NCBI GenBank assembly: GCA_001189095.1 | Contig: LFCK01000001.1 | Span: 215,251-251,158, forward strand | Source of the DNA: Parcubacteria bacterium C7867-001 | GTDB taxonomy: Bacteria; Patescibacteriota; Minisyncoccia; Phycocordibacterales; Phycocordibacteraceae | DNA: 35,908 nucleotides | Direction: 5' to 3' | Part shown: piece by piece, positions 12,042 through 21,808 of the stretch | How positions within the stretch are numbered: position 1 is the stretch's first letter | How the letters are laid out: each line of letters opens with the position of its first letter | Notes under the pieces: model-generated | The model's database searches: none | Seen by the model: only the letters and a program-made list of their open reading frames with translations | What the model was told of the DNA's origin: nothing | Program-made: the position numbers and the translations under genes

Positions 12042-12434
12042 ATGACCGATACCCGATTCATCCTCGTTGCTGAAGACGATCCTGTGCTTAAAAACCTCCT
12101 CGGGCACACGTTCGCAGGGAAATATCAGACCCTCTACGCCTCAAATGGGCAGGAGGCACTCGACCTTTTCGAGGCAAACAAGCCAGCGGCAGTGCTCCTC
12201 GACCTCATGATGCCGGGTGTTGATGGCTTCGCCGTCATAGAAGGTATTCGGAAGCGAACGGATGAATATAAGGGCGTTCCCATCATCGTGGTCTCCAATC
12301 TTGGCCAACAGAAGGATATCGATCGCGCAAAAACGCTCGGCGCAAATGAATACTTGGTAAAGGCAGAAGTTTCCGTTGAAGAAATCGTCGCAAAGATAGA
12401 ATCCGTTCTTCAGGGAACTACTCCTGCTGTATAG
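12042..12434 (+). CDS. Stand-alone response regulator receiver
   Basis: AEDD, LLDLMMPGVDG, SN, YLVK. Confidence 0.93.
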   Translation: MTDTRFILVAEDDPVLKNLLGHTFAGKYQTLYASNGQEALDLFEANKPAAVLLDLMMPGVDGFAVIEGIRKRTDEYKGVPIIVVSNLGQQKDIDRAKTLGANEYLVKAEVSVEEIVAKIESVLQGTTPAV

Positions 12435-12587
12435 GGCTGGATTTATTTTGTATTTCTACGGGGTCCCCATTCTGATGGGGAAACAATCGGCAGAAGACGA
12501 CAGCGAACGGCGATAGCCGGAGCGTTAGTCTTCTGGTAAGATTGTTGTGTACCTGTCCCGCCACGGACAGGATATGCTCATATCTAC

Positions 12588-15233
12588 ATGTCTCCAAAGA
12601 AGAAAACAGAGCACACGCAAGCACAGGGAGCCGATTGGATATCGGTGAAGGGTGCTCGTACCCATAACCTAAAGAATATTAATGTAGATATTCCCCGCGG
12701 CACCATGACGGTACTCACCGGCCTTTCAGGTTCCGGTAAATCCTCTCTCGCGTTCGATACTATCTTCGCCGAAGGTCAGCGCCGTTACGTTGAATCGCTT
12801 TCCGCGTATGCGCGTCAGTTTCTCAATCAGATGCAGAAGCCGGATGTGGATGAGATAGCCGGTCTTTCTCCCGCTATTTCTATCGACCAGAAGAGCCGCT
12901 CGAACAATCCGCGCTCAACCGTCGCAACGGTAACGGAAATCTACGATTATCTCCGTGTTCTGTATGCACGCGCTGGTCAGCCGTACTGCGTAAATCACGA
13001 TGTACCCATCAGCAAGCTTTCGAAAGAGGAAATGATTCGTCTCGTTATGAATCGCATTTCCAAGCGCTCGAGCGGGAAGAGTGCTGAAGTTATGGGTGTC
13101 GCCGTCGACAAGACAGCGGTTACGATTTACGCGCCGGTCGTGGTCGGACGCAAAGGCGAGTACTACCAGCTTCTCTATGATCTTCTCGGCAAAGGCTTCG
13201 AGCGTGTGGTGGTCGACGGTAACCAGCAGTCTCTGCGCGAGAAGGTCGTCCTCGATCGAAACAAGCGCCACGATATCGACGCTATAGTCGACAGTATTTT
13301 TGTAACCGAATTCACGCGGTCACCAGACGCTGCGCGCGAGCGCCTTTCAGAAGCGCTCGAACTTGCACTCAAAGAAGCAGACGGACTGGTAAAGATAAAA
13401 CATGCCGACGGAACGCTTGAAACGCTTTCCGCGAAGTTCATTTGTCCTGACGACGGTATGTCGTTTCCAGAAGTGGAGCCGCGTCTCTTTTCATTCAATA
13501 GTCCGTATGGCGCGTGTTCAAACTGCAACGGCCTAGGCACCAAGTCGCTCTTTTCGGATGAGCCGTGTCCAGTTTGTGAAGGCAAGCGTCTTCGACCAGA
13601 AGCTCTTCGTGTCTATCTCAAAGATAAGAAGGATAAAACCCTCGGCAAGAATATCGTCGAGGTCGCAGGCCTTTCTATCAAGGAAGCGAAGGATTTCATG
13701 GACGGACTTGAGCTCTCGGAGATGCGTATGGAAATTGCCTCACCAATCATCCGCGAAATCACGAGCCGTCTCGACTTCATGCTCAACGTCGGTCTCGACT
13801 ACCTCACCCTCAACCGTTCAGCCGCTACGCTTTCAGGCGGCGAAGCGCAGCGTATTCGTCTTGCTTCCCAGCTCGGGACAGGGCTTGTGGGTGCGCTCTA
13901 TGTGCTCGACGAGCCAACCATCGGTCTCCATCAGCGCGACAACGATCGTCTTATCGAAACCTTGCTGGTGCTTAAAGATTTAGGAAACACTATTCTTGTG
14001 GTCGAACACGATGAAGACACTATTTATGCATCGGATTACATCGTCGACATAGGACCGGGTGCAGGTGTGCATGGTGGCAACGTTGTTGCGTCAGGCTGGC
14101 TCGATGATCTTCTTACGGCGCCAAAGAATCAAAGCGGTTCGGTAACGCTTTCCTATTTGCGTGGCGAGAAGGAGGTGGAAATTCCAGAAGAACGTCGCAC
14201 TGCTGAGCGCGGTGCGATAAAGGTGCGCGGCGCTACACTTCACAACCTCGTGAATCAGAATGTGGATATTCCGCTCAGTAAGCTCGTGTGCATCACGGGT
14301 GTATCAGGTTCCGGTAAATCAACTTTCCTCTACGATATTCTTCATAAAAATGTTGCGGCGCGTCTCTCAAAGCGAGAAGCGAAGCTCGAGCACTGTGCTT
14401 CGATTACGGGAACAGAATATATTGGGCGTACGGTTCTTATCGATCAGTCACCCATAGGTCGTACGCCACGAAGTAATCCCGCGACCTACTCGGGAGCCTT
14501 TACGCATATTCGCGATCTCTTTGCAGCAACGAATGAAGCGCGAGCGCGTGGCTGGAGGCCGGGTCGCTTCTCGTTCAATGTAGCGGGCGGTCGTTGCGAA
14601 ACCTGCCAAGGGAATGGTCTTATCGCCGTCGAAATGCACTTCTTGCCGACGGTCTACGTGACCTGCGACGTCTGCGAAGGAAAGCGATTCATGAAGGAGA
14701 CGCTCGAGGTTACCTTCCGTGGCAAAAGCATTTACGAAGTTCTGCAAATGACCATTGAGGAAGCAGAAAAGTTTTTCCATGACATCCCTGCGATTCAGGA
14801 GCGCCTTGAATCAATGATTTCAACCGGACTTGAATACCTCACGCTTGGCCAAAGCGCGACGACGCTTTCAGGGGGCGAAGCTCAGCGTGTGAAAATAGCA
14901 TCTGAATTGTATCGGCCATCGACCATGAAGACGCTCTATCTTCTCGATGAGCCGACGGTCGGCCTTCATTACGAAGATGTACGTAAACTTATTGAAATTC
15001 TCCAGCAGCTCGTGCAGCGCGGAAATACGGTGGTCGTCATCGAGCACAATCTCGATGTCATCAAATCCGCGGATTATCTCGTCGATTTCGGTCCTGAGGG
15101 CGGAACCGGCGGCGGTAAAGTTGTCGCAACCGGAACTCCTGAAGAAGTTGCTGATTCAGAAAAGTCGCATACGGCCACGTATCTCGCAAAAATGTTCAAG
15201 AAAGCGAAGTCAGGTTCGAAAAAGAAAAAATAA
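12588..15233 (+). CDS. uvrA: Excinuclease ABC subunit A (compact form)
   Basis: Two ABC cassettes ([26 protein letters not shown] x2), [10 protein letters not shown]. Confidence 0.98.
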   Translation: MSPKKKTEHTQAQGADWISVKGARTHNLKNINVDIPRGTMTVLTGLSGSGKSSLAFDTIFAEGQRRYVESLSAYARQFLNQMQKPDVDEIAGLSPAISIDQKSRSNNPRSTVATVTEIYDYLRVLYARAGQPYCVNHDVPISKLSKEEMIRLVMNRISKRSSGKSAEVMGVAVDKTAVTIYAPVVVGRKGEYYQLLYDLLGKGFERVVVDGNQQSLREKVVLDRNKRHDIDAIVDSIFVTEFTRSPDAARERLSEALELALKEADGLVKIKHADGTLETLSAKFICPDDGMSFPEVEPRLFSFNSPYGACSNCNGLGTKSLFSDEPCPVCEGKRLRPEALRVYLKDKKDKTLGKNIVEVAGLSIKEAKDFMDGLELSEMRMEIASPIIREITSRLDFMLNVGLDYLTLNRSAATLSGGEAQRIRLASQLGTGLVGALYVLDEPTIGLHQRDNDRLIETLLVLKDLGNTILVVEHDEDTIYASDYIVDIGPGAGVHGGNVVASGWLDDLLTAPKNQSGSVTLSYLRGEKEVEIPEERRTAERGAIKVRGATLHNLVNQNVDIPLSKLVCITGVSGSGKSTFLYDILHKNVAARLSKREAKLEHCASITGTEYIGRTVLIDQSPIGRTPRSNPATYSGAFTHIRDLFAATNEARARGWRPGRFSFNVAGGRCETCQGNGLIAVEMHFLPTVYVTCDVCEGKRFMKETLEVTFRGKSIYEVLQMTIEEAEKFFHDIPAIQERLESMISTGLEYLTLGQSATTLSGGEAQRVKIASELYRPSTMKTLYLLDEPTVGLHYEDVRKLIEILQQLVQRGNTVVVIEHNLDVIKSADYLVDFGPEGGTGGGKVVATGTPEEVADSEKSHTATYLAKMFKKAKSGSKKKK

Positions 15234-15235
15234 AA

Positions 15236-15260
15236 AACGGCCGCTCGAAGAGCGGCCGTT
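15236..15260. terminator. Bidirectional terminator
   Basis: AACGGCCGCTC-gaa-GAGCGGCCGTT. Confidence 0.75.
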
Positions 15261-15264
15261 CGCG

Positions 15265-15510
15265 TTATGCGTGTCTCGTGCTTTTGTAAGCCCAGACCAC
15301 GACGCCAATGAACGATCCTGCGATGGCCATTGGCGCCATCATCGAGCCATCCTGACGAAGAAATGTCTCGACCACGAAGGATCCGATGAGCGAGCAGGGC
15401 AGCCACGCGAGGGAAGCCACGAGGTACCAAAGGTCATTCCGTTTGGCGCGCTTGCAGAGGTAGTAGACCAGAATGGCCATTGCGGTGAAGAGTGCACCAG
15501 TCAAAAACAT
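15265..15510 (-). CDS. Small 3-TM membrane protein
   Basis: GGAGAG SD, hydrophobic helices, own promoter. Confidence 0.7.
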   Translation of the reverse strand: MFLTGALFTAMAILVYYLCKRAKRNDLWYLVASLAWLPCSLIGSFVVETFLRQDGSMMAPMAIAGSFIGVVVWAYKSTRHA

Positions 15511-15535
15511 CGAGCTCTCCTTGTTACTAAAATGC

Positions 15536-15564
15536 AGAATACAATCTTTATAACATACTGTCAA
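15536..15564 (-). promoter_or_regulatory. Sigma70 promoter
   Basis: TTGACA-17 bp-TATTCT. Confidence 0.75.
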
Positions 15565-15622
15565 TTTTGTGTTCGAATGTAGTTTACGGTACGTTGAAAT
15601 GAGAAAGAAAGGAGAACCTTAC

Positions 15623-16489
15623 ATGAATAAAGGTGAGCTGCTATCCACGAGTTGTATGCCGATAACCCTGACGCTCGTCCGTCACGGAGAATCGGAAAGC
15701 AATCTCGCTCGAACAATGTTCGAGGCGGGTAAGAAGCATAAGAACGAAGCGGCGCTAATGGAGATCCACACCTGCGATCGTCGTCTCACGCCGAAAGGTG
15801 TTGAGCAGGCGAAGTTGGCGGGCAAATGGCTCGATGCCAACGTCTTTTCGCAGAACAATTACTCGCAGGTATCGGATTTTCGGCTCTACGTTTCGCCGTA
15901 CATCCGTGCGCGCGAGACGGCGGGCCACCTCAGTCTCCCCGGCGAATGGCGGCTTGAAAACCGCATCGTCGAACGAAACTGGGGCGATTTCGACCAGATG
16001 CCGTATGACAAACGCATGTCTATGTATGCCGATGAGATCAAATACCGGAAAGAATTCGCATTCTTCTGGTGTCCTCCCGGCGGCGAGCGCATGCAAGATG
16101 TCTTCAATCGTCTGCGCGATATGGCCAGCACGCTTCACCGCGAATGCTCGGACATGAGCGTGCTCATGGTCTCGCACGGCGAGACCATGTGGGCGTGGCG
16201 CACACTGCTTGAATACTGGACGCCGCAAGAACTTGCGGAAAACATGAAGCAGCGGGATTCGCACACGCGGATCACCAACTGCCGCATCATCCAGTACACG
16301 CGCAGGCTGCCTGACGGCTCGGTGTCAAAGCACTTCGAGCAGGTTCGGTTTGTTGATCCGACTCGTGACGGGTCGGAATTCGGCACGGACTGGATGCCAA
16401 TCGTCCGCAAGCGCTACAGCAGTGAAGAGCTGCTTGCGCAGGCTGACCAATACCCGCGGTTCTTCGACGAAGAATCAGACGCGGCATAA
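15623..16489 (+). CDS. Histidine phosphatase (phosphoglycerate mutase) family protein
   Basis: LVRHGESESN, SPYIRARET, ERNWG, PGGE, VSHG; AAAGGAG SD (start could be 15656). Confidence 0.9.
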   Translation: MNKGELLSTSCMPITLTLVRHGESESNLARTMFEAGKKHKNEAALMEIHTCDRRLTPKGVEQAKLAGKWLDANVFSQNNYSQVSDFRLYVSPYIRARETAGHLSLPGEWRLENRIVERNWGDFDQMPYDKRMSMYADEIKYRKEFAFFWCPPGGERMQDVFNRLRDMASTLHRECSDMSVLMVSHGETMWAWRTLLEYWTPQELAENMKQRDSHTRITNCRIIQYTRRLPDGSVSKHFEQVRFVDPTRDGSEFGTDWMPIVRKRYSSEELLAQADQYPRFFDEESDAA

Positions 16490-16494
16490 ATTAC

Positions 16495-16523
16495 AACCGG
16501 AACGCTATGCGTTCCGGTTTTTT
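16495..16523 (+). terminator. Intrinsic terminator
   Basis: AACCGGAACGC-tat-GCGTTCCGGTT plus T-run. Confidence 0.8.
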
Positions 16524-16602
16524 CGTACCTGTGCATAAACCCTCTTGCGGGATTGCTATACTTAGTACTTTAGAGTGCGTCTAGTACCAAAAGGGGTCGC
16601 TA

Positions 16603-17127
16603 ATGTACGACTTTCTCAATAAAAAAGACGAAGAATTGGCGTCAGAGCAAATCTGTATGCGTCGATTCATTCACAGCCGCCCGAGCTGGGATCGCTTCGC
16701 GTTTGGCGTTTGGGACATCCCTGCGCTTGCGTACGATCCGAAGATTCTTAAGGAAACGGGTATTCATGTCCCTCTTCCGAAAGAGCAACAACCAAAACCG
16801 AAGCGATGGAAACCAAGTATCCACTTCGTCTGCGAGCGGTTGCTTGATCACAAGCTGCCGGTTACAACGGCGCTGAAGATCTATCAGGAAGCAATCGAAA
16901 TGTTGCTGGTCTACGATGTGAAGGAGGATTTCTTCTCGCTCGCGTCCTACCGACAGTATCTTCCGCTTGAGGACTTGAAACACGATAAACTCTTCTTCGC
17001 GTGCATGCGTGATCGGAAGAAGACGCTTACGGCGGTTGATTGGCAGGGAGTCGCTCGTCGCCTTCCTGCCGGTTCGCGGATTGCTCGCGACTGTCTATCG
17101 AAGACACGAACGGAACAAGATAAATAA
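16603..17127 (+). CDS. Hypothetical protein
   Basis: 174-aa ORF, TGCTATACT upstream, terminator downstream. Confidence 0.65.
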   Translation: MYDFLNKKDEELASEQICMRRFIHSRPSWDRFAFGVWDIPALAYDPKILKETGIHVPLPKEQQPKPKRWKPSIHFVCERLLDHKLPVTTALKIYQEAIEMLLVYDVKEDFFSLASYRQYLPLEDLKHDKLFFACMRDRKKTLTAVDWQGVARRLPAGSRIARDCLSKTRTEQDK

Positions 17128-17129
17128 CA

Positions 17130-17157
17130 AAGCCGCCCGGTAATATCCGGGCGGCTT
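17130..17157. terminator. Bidirectional terminator
   Basis: AAGCCGCCCGG-taatat-CCGGGCGGCTT. Confidence 0.75.
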
Positions 17158-17182
17158 ATCATTTGGTGCCGTGTGTGCGCTG

Positions 17183-17434
17183 CTACAGCTTGCCGAAGTT
17201 CCTGAACTGTCCGAAGACGAACAGAATGATCGTGCCGGCGGCGGTCATGACCGCTGCTTGGAACGCGCTGATGAGCGCGAGTGCGATGATCATCTGCGTG
17301 TTCAGATGCGCCGGCAGGTGAATGCCGAACTGCAACGCGATTTGCGACCCGAGGTCGCCGAACGTCACCAGAATGAAGGTGATGGCGGCCGTGAGGACCA
17401 GCCACACCAGAACGTGTACCCAACCAAGTTTCAT
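17183..17434 (-). CDS. Small 2-TM membrane protein (83 aa)
   Basis: GGAGA SD before ATG 17434; hydrophobic; own promoter. Confidence 0.7.
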   Translation of the reverse strand: MKLGWVHVLVWLVLTAAITFILVTFGDLGSQIALQFGIHLPAHLNTQMIIALALISAFQAAVMTAAGTIILFVFGQFRNFGKL

Positions 17435-17479
17435 TGGGGTTCTCCGTTGACCTGCTCCGAAAGGCGGCAGGCTGTACAC

Positions 17480-17508
17480 AGTATACTACTATTTATAATA
17501 ACTGTCAA
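17480..17508 (-). promoter_or_regulatory. Sigma70 promoter
   Basis: TTGACA-17 bp-TATACT. Confidence 0.8.
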
Positions 17509-17527
17509 GAATGCTACGATATCGGAT

Positions 17528-18787
17528 ATGCAGCGGCCTGACCTAACGAAATACGAGCTTCCGGATTGTCCGGGGGTGTATCTCTTTACCCTTGGAAAGG
17601 GCCGATCAAAAAAGATTCTCTACATCGGCAAAGCCACGAGCCTGCGCGACCGCGTACGTTCCTACTTTGACGATGACCTCATAGCGACCCGTGGACCGCG
17701 CATCGTCGACATGGTTACCGAAGCGGATGGTCTTATGCACGAGACGACGCCGACGGTGCTTGAGGCGCTGGTGCGCGAAGCGGCGCTTATTCGTGAATAT
17801 CATCCGAAAGCAAACTCGATGGGCAAGGACGACAAATCCTTTCTTTACGCAGTCATCACGAAAGAACCGATTCCGCGCGTGCTCGCGATTCGCGGCACTG
17901 ATCTTGATTTTAAAAAGAAACGCATTGTGGTGGGCGACGTTCCGCTTTCCTCCATGCATGGACCGTTCCCGTCAGGGTACCAGCTGCGCGAAGCGCTTAA
18001 GCTCATTCGGAAAATCTTTCCGTTCTTCGATACACCGCGCCCAGTTGGTGAGGGAACTCGTTTTACCAAAGGGAAAGTCGAGTTCAATCAGCAGATTGGC
18101 CAGTATCCGCGCGATCTCGACAAAGCTGGCTATGCGCGCTCAATACGCAACGTCTCACTCTTTCTTTCGGGGCGCGTGAAGGCGCTGCGTGCGCAGCTCG
18201 AAAAGGATATGAAGACAGCAGCTAAAGACGAGCGGTTCGAAGACGCGGCGCTTGCGCGTAAGCAGCTCTTCTCACTTGATCACGTACAGGATGTCTCCCT
18301 CATTAAGGAAGATCGCGGCGCAGATGAATCAAGTCCGCGCATCGAGGCGTACGATACGGCGCATATTTCAGGAACGAATGCGATAGGTGTGATGACCGTT
18401 ATCGAGAATGGTCTTCCGCTCAAGAAGGAATATCGAACATTTCGTATTCGTGGAGTCGGCGGAAGGTCCTTAAACGATGATATCGCCTCTCTCAAAGAAA
18501 TCCTTTCTCGTCGGTTTAATCATCCTGAATGGTCGTATCCGAAAGCAATCGTGGTCGACGGCGGTAAAACGCATAAGAAAACAGCCGAGGCGCTGCTCGC
18601 TGAACTCGGTATCCAGATTCCGGTCGTTGCGGTGGTGAAGGATGAGAAGCATCGTCCGCGTGAAGTGCTTGGAAGCCTACGCGCTCATGTGCAGGATGCA
18701 GATGTCGTTTTGGCAAATAGCGAAGCGCATCGGTTCTCGATAACGCTTCATAGGAAAGCGAGATCACGCGCCTTGCGTACGTTATAA
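17528..18787 (+). CDS. uvrC: Excinuclease ABC subunit C (short form, no C-terminal HhH)
   Basis: GIY-YIG (PGVY..YIGKA), UVR (FEDAALAR), RNase H-like (RIEAYDTAH, VDGG, EAHRF); start reset to MQRPDL after TGCTACGAT. Confidence 0.92.
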   Translation: MQRPDLTKYELPDCPGVYLFTLGKGRSKKILYIGKATSLRDRVRSYFDDDLIATRGPRIVDMVTEADGLMHETTPTVLEALVREAALIREYHPKANSMGKDDKSFLYAVITKEPIPRVLAIRGTDLDFKKKRIVVGDVPLSSMHGPFPSGYQLREALKLIRKIFPFFDTPRPVGEGTRFTKGKVEFNQQIGQYPRDLDKAGYARSIRNVSLFLSGRVKALRAQLEKDMKTAAKDERFEDAALARKQLFSLDHVQDVSLIKEDRGADESSPRIEAYDTAHISGTNAIGVMTVIENGLPLKKEYRTFRIRGVGGRSLNDDIASLKEILSRRFNHPEWSYPKAIVVDGGKTHKKTAEALLAELGIQIPVVAVVKDEKHRPREVLGSLRAHVQDADVVLANSEAHRFSITLHRKARSRALRTL

Positions 18788-18795
18788 TTTTTCAT

Positions 18796-19761
18796 ATGAG
18801 AGGCACTGTCGTCGGCGTACTCCGTGGAGGGCCATCAAGAGAGCATGAGGTCTCGCTAAAAACGGGTCATGCGATCCTTTCGAACCTCGATATGGATCGA
18901 TTTACGCCGCGCGATATCTATATCGACAAGGCGGGGCTTTGGCACGAACGCGGTGTGCCGACCACGCCTGATCGCGTTCTTCGAAATGTGGATGTGGTCG
19001 TACTCGGACTTCACGGGGAATACGGCGAAGACGGGGAAGTCCAGAAGCTGCTTGAGCGCTACGGAATTCCCTATACGGGCTCCGATTCATTTTCCTCCTA
19101 TCTTGCAATGCATAAATTCCTTGCGAAGGAGCGGGTGACTGAGCGGGGCATTTTGTCCGCTCGTTCGCAGCTTATCGAGCCAAGCGCGGATATTGCGGCT
19201 ATCGTCGCGGAGATAAATCGCACCTTTCCGCAGCCGGTCGTGGTAAAGCCGGTCAAGTGGGGCTCCTCGGTCGGCGTTTCGTTTACGCATGGATATCAAC
19301 CGCTTCTTGAAGCAGTACAGAAATTGCTCGATGAAGGAGCTGGTGGCGTGCTTGTCGAGGAGCGAATCAAAGGAACCGAGGCGACCGTCGGCGTCATTGA
19401 AAATTTCCGTGACGAAGTGCTCTATGCGCTTCCGCCAGTGGAGATCATCCCTCCCGATGCGGATTTCTTTTCGTACGACGCGAAATATTCAGGTGCGACA
19501 CGTGAGATTTGCCCTGCCCGCTTCCCAAAGAAGGTGACCGATGAGCTTATCCGACTCGCCCGTGAGGCACATGAGTCCCTCGGACTTCGCCACTATTCGC
19601 GCTCCGATTTCATCGTCTCTCCGCGCGGCATCTATTATCTTGAAACAAATACGCTTCCGGGGCTTACGACCGAATCCTTGATGCCGAAATCGCTCGCAGC
19701 GGTCGGTGTCTCCTATCCGGACTTTCTTTCGCACCTCGTCGATTTGGCGATGAAAAAATAG
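18796..19761 (+). CDS. ddl: D-alanine--D-alanine ligase
   Basis: GGPSREHEVS, LHGEYGEDG, GSSVG, YDAKY, LETNTLPG. Confidence 0.95.
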   Translation: MRGTVVGVLRGGPSREHEVSLKTGHAILSNLDMDRFTPRDIYIDKAGLWHERGVPTTPDRVLRNVDVVVLGLHGEYGEDGEVQKLLERYGIPYTGSDSFSSYLAMHKFLAKERVTERGILSARSQLIEPSADIAAIVAEINRTFPQPVVVKPVKWGSSVGVSFTHGYQPLLEAVQKLLDEGAGGVLVEERIKGTEATVGVIENFRDEVLYALPPVEIIPPDADFFSYDAKYSGATREICPARFPKKVTDELIRLAREAHESLGLRHYSRSDFIVSPRGIYYLETNTLPGLTTESLMPKSLAAVGVSYPDFLSHLVDLAMKK

Positions 19762-19762
19762 C

Positions 19763-20095
19763 ATGGACGAGCTCGCGAAGAAGAAATGCATACCGTGCGA
19801 AGAAGGTGGAGGTCCACTCACGAAAGAACAAGCGAGGGATCTCATGGAGCATGTTCCCGAGTGGACGCTCATGGAGGATGCGCGAAAGCTCTGGCGACGT
19901 TTTCCGTTCAAGGACTTTGCTGCAGCGCTGGCGTTCACCAATGAAATAGGCGCTTTAGCGGAGGAAGAATGGCACCATCCAGATATAAAGGTCTCATGGG
20001 GTGCGGTCGAAGTGACGCTTTCCACCCACAGGGCACGAGGTCTCACCGAAAACGACTTTATCCTAGCTGCCAAAATAGACTTGCTGCAAAAATAA
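19763..20095 (+). CDS. phhB: Pterin-4a-carbinolamine dehydratase
   Basis: FKDF, HHPD, THRARGLTENDFILAAKID. Confidence 0.9.
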   Translation: MDELAKKKCIPCEEGGGPLTKEQARDLMEHVPEWTLMEDARKLWRRFPFKDFAAALAFTNEIGALAEEEWHHPDIKVSWGAVEVTLSTHRARGLTENDFILAAKIDLLQK

Positions 20096-20124
20096 AAACC
20101 GACACTTGGTCGGTTTTTATTTTT
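20088..20124. terminator. Bidirectional terminator; likely the original tRNA-Ala terminator of the empty site
   Basis: AAAAATAAAAACCGAC-acttg-GTCGGTTTTTATTTTT abuts the left att core. Confidence 0.75.
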
Positions 20125-20221
20125 GTGGAACCTAGGACACTATATTAGAACCTCTCTCATCCAATCGCAGCCAATACATTTCTTACATCTCGTGGACTCA
20201 TGGGGTGGTCTGAAGGGTTGA
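20124..20221 (+). repeat. Left att junction encoding displaced recombinase tail A (WNLGHYIRTSLIQSQPIHFLHLVDSWGGLKG*)
   Basis: Shares CACTATATTAGAACCTCT (20138-20155) with 21891-21908; in frame with the LSR across the core. Confidence 0.8.
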
Positions 20222-20282
20222 GAATGCTCTTCTGGACCTAGAAGCGCTCGGAGATTAGAACCTCCATTCCCGTCACTACTTC

Positions 20283-20311
20283 TTGACCTGCGTCATAAAA
20301 CGTGGTATATA
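20283..20311 (+). promoter_or_regulatory. Sigma70-like promoter
   Basis: TTGACC-17 bp-TATATA; AAAGGAGGT SD before 20365. Confidence 0.6.
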
Positions 20312-20364
20312 GATAATCGGCAAACGATCTTCGTTAACTCAAGCCCCCGAAAGGAGGTGTCAGC

Positions 20365-21018
20365 ATGTCTTTGCCAAAGAAGACGATTGCGGACCTCCTG
20401 TTTGGGGTCCAACTCGTCGGAGCAGTAATCTTCTGCGGCGCGCAGTTCTTGCGCTCGCTTGAGGACGTTCACGGCGTCAGCATTGTTCAGTTCGCTCTTG
20501 CGACAACTTTCGTGGTGTTCAATCTCCTGCTCGGGATAGGCGCTCACCGCGCCCAACCGAGCCGGGTAACCATGCAAGGGATAGTGACGTACATCGTGTG
20601 GGTAGCAATGCTCACCGCCGTAGTCGTCGCTGTCGCAACCAACCGAGAATATCGGTGGAGCATTCAGGATAGTGTCACCCTCGGGATTGCGGTCGTTCTC
20701 ACGATCGGCACGCTAGGGTTCGGTGCGCTGCAAGGCAGACCGATCCGAGACCCGATGACGCTTGCGTTCTTGGCGATCGCGAGCAAGTCAATGCCGCAGC
20801 TACTGCTGGTCTGGAGTATCCTCGAACAAGGAGGTTCCGGCATCCCGGCGGCGAGCATCATTGTTGGACACTGCACCATTCTCATCCGTCTCGGCCAGAT
20901 TTACTTTATGGTTCGAGAAGCGGGTTGGGAGCGGAACCGGGTATGGCTCGCGGTTAGCGAAAGCGCCGCAGAACTGACCTGGATCGCAACGACCACAGCG
21001 TGGCTCGTAATGCTTTGA
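20365..21018 (+). CDS. Multi-pass membrane protein, possibly PQ-loop/SWEET-like
   Basis: About 7 TM; AQFLRS..GVS and SMPQLL repeat-like pattern; strong SD. Confidence 0.6.
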   Translation: MSLPKKTIADLLFGVQLVGAVIFCGAQFLRSLEDVHGVSIVQFALATTFVVFNLLLGIGAHRAQPSRVTMQGIVTYIVWVAMLTAVVVAVATNREYRWSIQDSVTLGIAVVLTIGTLGFGALQGRPIRDPMTLAFLAIASKSMPQLLLVWSILEQGGSGIPAASIIVGHCTILIRLGQIYFMVREAGWERNRVWLAVSESAAELTWIATTTAWLVML

Positions 21019-21055
21019 GGCCCATGTCCCGTAAGACGGATGTGGGTCTCTTTTT
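21017..21055. terminator. Terminator between convergent cassette genes
   Basis: GAGGCCCATGTCC...GGATGTGGGTCTC-TTTTT. Confidence 0.7.
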
Positions 21056-21073
21056 ATACAAAAAACGAATATA

Positions 21074-21781
21074 TCAATCTATACTTGCTTTTACCTGTAG
21101 CCGCGTGTCGCTAATCTTTTTTACTATCACATCCGTTATTGATTGCGTAAGTACGTCTATCTCAGCATTAAGTCTCCTAGCCTCTTGAATTGAAGTAGGC
21201 AATTTGTTGAGAGTATCGCAGACATTAATCGGGCCGTGCGTTTGTATTACGTCGATGTTTTCTTTGTAATTGAGTATTGCATTTCCTGCATAATCCCCAA
21301 CACCTCGAAGTTTATCTATCAACTGATTCCAACTCGAACCCAGTTCGTTAAAGTATGTATGAATATAGGCCGTCACTAATTCCATATCCATATCAACATC
21401 CGCTTTGTCTGTAACGTTATGTGCATCTAGAAAGATGACTCTCTCATCCATGCATTTCTTCACAGCTTCAAGGGAAGCTAACAATGCAGCGCTTTTTTGT
21501 TTGATACCGAGGAGTTTACCAATGATTCTCAATCCTTTCTCTTCAATGGATTCGATTAATTTCAAGTTGTAGGCATAGCGCCTATCGTGACTAGCTTGCA
21601 AGAGACTTAAGAGGAGAGCTACGATCGTCAAAAATCCTATAATGAAATTTGGATCTATACCTTGCTCACTCAGGAAGTTCCTGAAGGTATCGCAGGATAG
21701 ATATATACCTAGCAGTACTACGACACCTACCAACGCAATAAATATTGCGTTTTTCTTAAAACTTTTTAGGGCTCCATCCAT
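21074..21781 (-). CDS. Hypothetical protein: 2 N-terminal TM plus helical/coiled-coil domain
   Basis: 235-aa AT-rich ORF; TATACT 6 nt before ATG. Confidence 0.75.
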   Translation of the reverse strand: MDGALKSFKKNAIFIALVGVVVLLGIYLSCDTFRNFLSEQGIDPNFIIGFLTIVALLLSLLQASHDRRYAYNLKLIESIEEKGLRIIGKLLGIKQKSAALLASLEAVKKCMDERVIFLDAHNVTDKADVDMDMELVTAYIHTYFNELGSSWNQLIDKLRGVGDYAGNAILNYKENIDVIQTHGPINVCDTLNKLPTSIQEARRLNAEIDVLTQSITDVIVKKISDTRLQVKASID

Positions 21782-21808
21782 GCCAAAAGTATACCTAAGG
21801 TTTCGAGA

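Noticed and set aside
17171-17527. 119-aa N-terminal extension of UvrC in the ORF track
   Set aside because: It is the antisense of the 17183-17434 gene; a -10 box supports ATG 17528
18796-19761. Ddl as a VanA-like D-Ala-D-Lac ligase
   Set aside because: Omega loop YDAKY has the Tyr typical of D-Ala-D-Ala ligases; no van genes nearby
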